From a virus (taxonomy: Duplodnaviria; Heunggongvirae; Uroviricota; Caudoviricetes): DNA of 39,184 bases. The notes beneath the pieces were generated by a model that was not told the DNA's origin, searched no databases, and was given only the letters and a program-made list of their open reading frames with translations. A program made the position numbers and the translations under genes. The DNA lies in IMG/VR virus record IMGVR_UViG_2693429536_000016; one strand, 5' to 3'. Shown one piece after another: positions 38,001-39,184 of this stretch. How positions within the stretch are numbered: the first letter of the stretch is position 1; each line of letters begins with the position of its first letter.

Positions 38001-38562
38001 GGACGGGCGACTGACGGCGAAAAATGCGGATATCAGTGGCAGTGTGAATGCTAACTCCGGGACGCTAAACAACGTCACGATAAATGAGAACTGTACGATT
38101 AAGGGCATGCTGGAGGCGAATCAGGTCAGAGGCGATTTTGTTAAAACAGTATCCAAATCATTCCCGAAGAAGGCTGGTACGTGGGGTAACACGGAAACAC
38201 CTAACGGGACGGTTACAGTCACTATCAGCGATGATCATAACTTTGACCGTCAAATCATTATTCCGCCCATTATTTTTAACGGTGTGGCGTATGACGATCC
38301 GGGGAGCGGAAATAACCCCGGAGGCACGCGATACACAGGTTATGGTTTTGAAGTTCGCAAAAACGGCGTATTAATCGCATCCAGAGAAACTAAAGGGGCC
38401 ATTCCCGGTAGTTACAGTGCGGTTATTGATATGCCGAGTGGCAGAGGAAGCGTCACTCTGGAGTTTAAGATTTTCCAGAAAGGCAATCAGGGGGCAGGCA
38501 ATATCACCGACTGTACGGTGATTGTGACCAAAAAGGCTGCTTCCGGCATCAGTATTCGTTGA
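35065..38562 (+). CDS. J: Central tail fibre / host specificity protein J
   Basis: 1165 aa; N-terminal several hundred residues essentially identical to lambda J as recalled ([41 protein letters not shown]...); C-terminal region appears divergent. Confidence 0.95.
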   Translation: MGKGSSKGHTPREAKDNLKSTQLLSVIDAISEGPIEGPVDGLKSVLLNSTPVLDTEGNTNISGVTVVFRAGEQEQTPPEGFESSGSETVLGTEVKYDTPITRTITSANIDRLRFTFGVQALVETTSKGDRNPSEVRLLVQIQRNGGWVTEKDITIKGKTTSQYLASVVVDNLPPRPFNIRMCRMTPDSTTDQLQNKTLWSSYTEIIDVKQCYPNTALVGVQVDSEQFGSQQVSRNYHLRGRILQVPSNYNPQTRQYSGIWDGTFKPAYSNNMAWCLWDMLTHPRYGMGKRLGAADVDKWALYVIGQYCDQSVPDGFGGTELRITCNAYLTTQRKAWDVLSDFCSAMRCMPVWNGQTLTFVQDRPSDKVWTYNRSNVVMPDDGAPFRYSFSALKDRHNAVEVNWIDPNNGWETATELVEDTQAIARYGRNVTKMDAFGCTSRGQAHRAGLWLIKTELLETQTVDFSVGAEGLRHVPGDVIEICDDDYAGISTGGRVLAVNSQTRTLTLDREITLPSSGTTLISLVDGSGNPVSVEVQSVTDGLKVKVNRVPDGVAEYSVWGLKLPTLRQRLFRCVSIRENDDGTYAITAVQHVPEKEAIVDNGAHFDGDQSGTVNGVTPPAVQHLTAEVTADSGEYQVLARWDTPKVVKGVSFMLRLTVAADDGSERLVSTARTTETTYRFTQLALGRYTLTVRAVNAWGQQGDPASVSFRIAAPVAPSRIELTPGYFQITATPHLAVYDPTVQFEFWFSEKRITDIRQVETTARYLGTGLYWIAASINIKPGHDYYFYVRSVNTVGKSAFVEAVGQPSDDASGYLDFFKGEIGKTHLAQELWTQIDNGQLAPDLAEIRTSITDVSNEITQTVNKKLEDQSAAIQQIQKVQVDTNNNLNSMWAVKLQQMQDGRLYIAGIGAGIENTPDGMQSQVLLAADRIAMINPANGNTKPMFVGQGDQIFMNEVFLKYLTAPTITSGGNPPAFSLTPDGRLTAKNADISGSVNANSGTLNNVTINENCTIKGMLEANQVRGDFVKTVSKSFPKKAGTWGNTETPNGTVTVTISDDHNFDRQIIIPPIIFNGVAYDDPGSGNNPGGTRYTGYGFEVRKNGVLIASRETKGAIPGSYSAVIDMPSGRGSVTLEFKIFQKGNQGAGNITDCTVIVTKKAASGISIR

Positions 38563-38583
38563 AATATTTATAACCCCAATAAA

Positions 38584-38608
38584 GGGCGTCAGGAATGACG
38601 CCTTTTTT
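38584..38608 (+). terminator. Rho-independent terminator after J
   Basis: GGCGTCA ggaa TGACGCC followed by TTTTTT. Confidence 0.6.
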
Positions 38609-38632
38609 ATTGCAGAAAAGCGAGAGGTAATT

Positions 38633-39184
38633 ATGCGTAAAGTTTGTGCCGCCATTTTGTCCGCAGCCATCTGTCTGGCCGTATCCGGTGCGCCTTCATG
38701 GGCGTCTGAACATCAGTCCACACTGAGCGCGGGGTATCTTCATGCCCGGACCAACGTACCCGGCAGCGATGATCTGAACGGGATTAACGTGAAATACCGC
38801 TACGAGTTTACGGATACGCTGGGGCTGGTGACGTCATTCAGCTATGCAGGAGACAAGAATCGCCAGCTGACCCGTTACAGCGATACCCGCTGGCATGAAG
38901 ATTCAGTGCGTAACCGCTGGTTCAGCGTGATGGCGGGTATGGCTTACAGCCGTGTTTCGACTTTCTCCGGGGATTATCTCCGCGTAACTGACAACAAGGG
39001 GAAAACGCACGATGTGCTGACCGGAAGTGATGACGGTCGCCACAGCAACACGTCTCTGGCGTGGGGGGCTGGCGTGCAGTTTAACCCGACCGAATCCGTG
39101 GCCATTGATGTCGCTTATGAAGGCTCCGGCAGTGGTGACTGGCGCACTGACGGTTTCATCGTGGGTGTCGGTTATAAATTCTGA
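38633..39184 (+). CDS. lom: Lom outer-membrane protein (Ail/Lom family), lysogenic-conversion gene
   Basis: Signal peptide MRKVCAAILSAAICLAVSGAPSWA; beta-barrel-like pattern and C-terminal ...DGFIVGVGYKF; closely matches lambda Lom from memory; RBS GAGAGG. Confidence 0.9.
   Translation: MRKVCAAILSAAICLAVSGAPSWASEHQSTLSAGYLHARTNVPGSDDLNGINVKYRYEFTDTLGLVTSFSYAGDKNRQLTRYSDTRWHEDSVRNRWFSVMAGMAYSRVSTFSGDYLRVTDNKGKTHDVLTGSDDGRHSNTSLAWGAGVQFNPTESVAIDVAYEGSGSGDWRTDGFIVGVGYKF

Noticed and set aside
38633-39184. Possible internal deletion in lom relative to lambda lom
   Set aside because: The ORF looks ~20 aa shorter than the lambda Lom I recall, but my memory of the lambda sequence is not reliable enough to claim a deletion without an alignment.
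1-39184. CRISPR arrays, tRNA or rRNA genes
   Set aside because: No regularly spaced short direct repeats with unique spacers and no cloverleaf-compatible tRNA-like segment were seen by eye; the direct repeats at 10834-10970 are origin iterons inside a gene, not a CRISPR array. A tRNAscan/CRISPR finder run would be needed to exclude small RNAs formally.

Overview
The window is a near-complete lambdoid prophage, running from its left junction through the tail genes to lom. The junction appears to lie in the 5' end of prfC: nt 91-165 encode a 24-codon remnant matching the release factor 3 N-terminus as I recall it. Order on the + strand: int (386-1624); a low-GC cargo island holding a 531-aa P-loop-like/cytidine-deaminase fusion on the - strand (1777-3372) with a small acidic ORF upstream; xis-like gene; a leftward early operon (HD-domain and YfdQ/DUF2303-like proteins); an immunity region with cI (-), cro (+) and repeated 18-bp ATGTAGG-N4-CCTACAT-type operators on both sides of cI; a rightward early operon (O-like initiator with internal iterons, Dam-family methyltransferase, LexA-DNA-binding-domain-only protein, RusA, KilA-N, DUF968, Q antiterminator); a low-GC moron downstream of Q; a second orphan methyltransferase; the lysis cassette (holin, R, Rz with embedded Rz1); a cos-like site; terminase, portal, protease-capsid fusion; and a tail module (Z,U,V,G/G-T,H,M,L,K,I,J) plus lom that closely resembles phage lambda. 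The most interesting candidate is the integrase-proximal deaminase fusion, whose architecture matches the AvcD/dCTP-deaminase family of nucleotide-depleting anti-phage proteins; this is an architecture-based inference, not a verified homology. All calls are by eye from the ORF track and sequence: start codons are often downstream of the ORF-track start (the track evidently accepts GTG/TTG), and no database search or alignment was run. No CRISPR array, rRNA or tRNA was found by eye.
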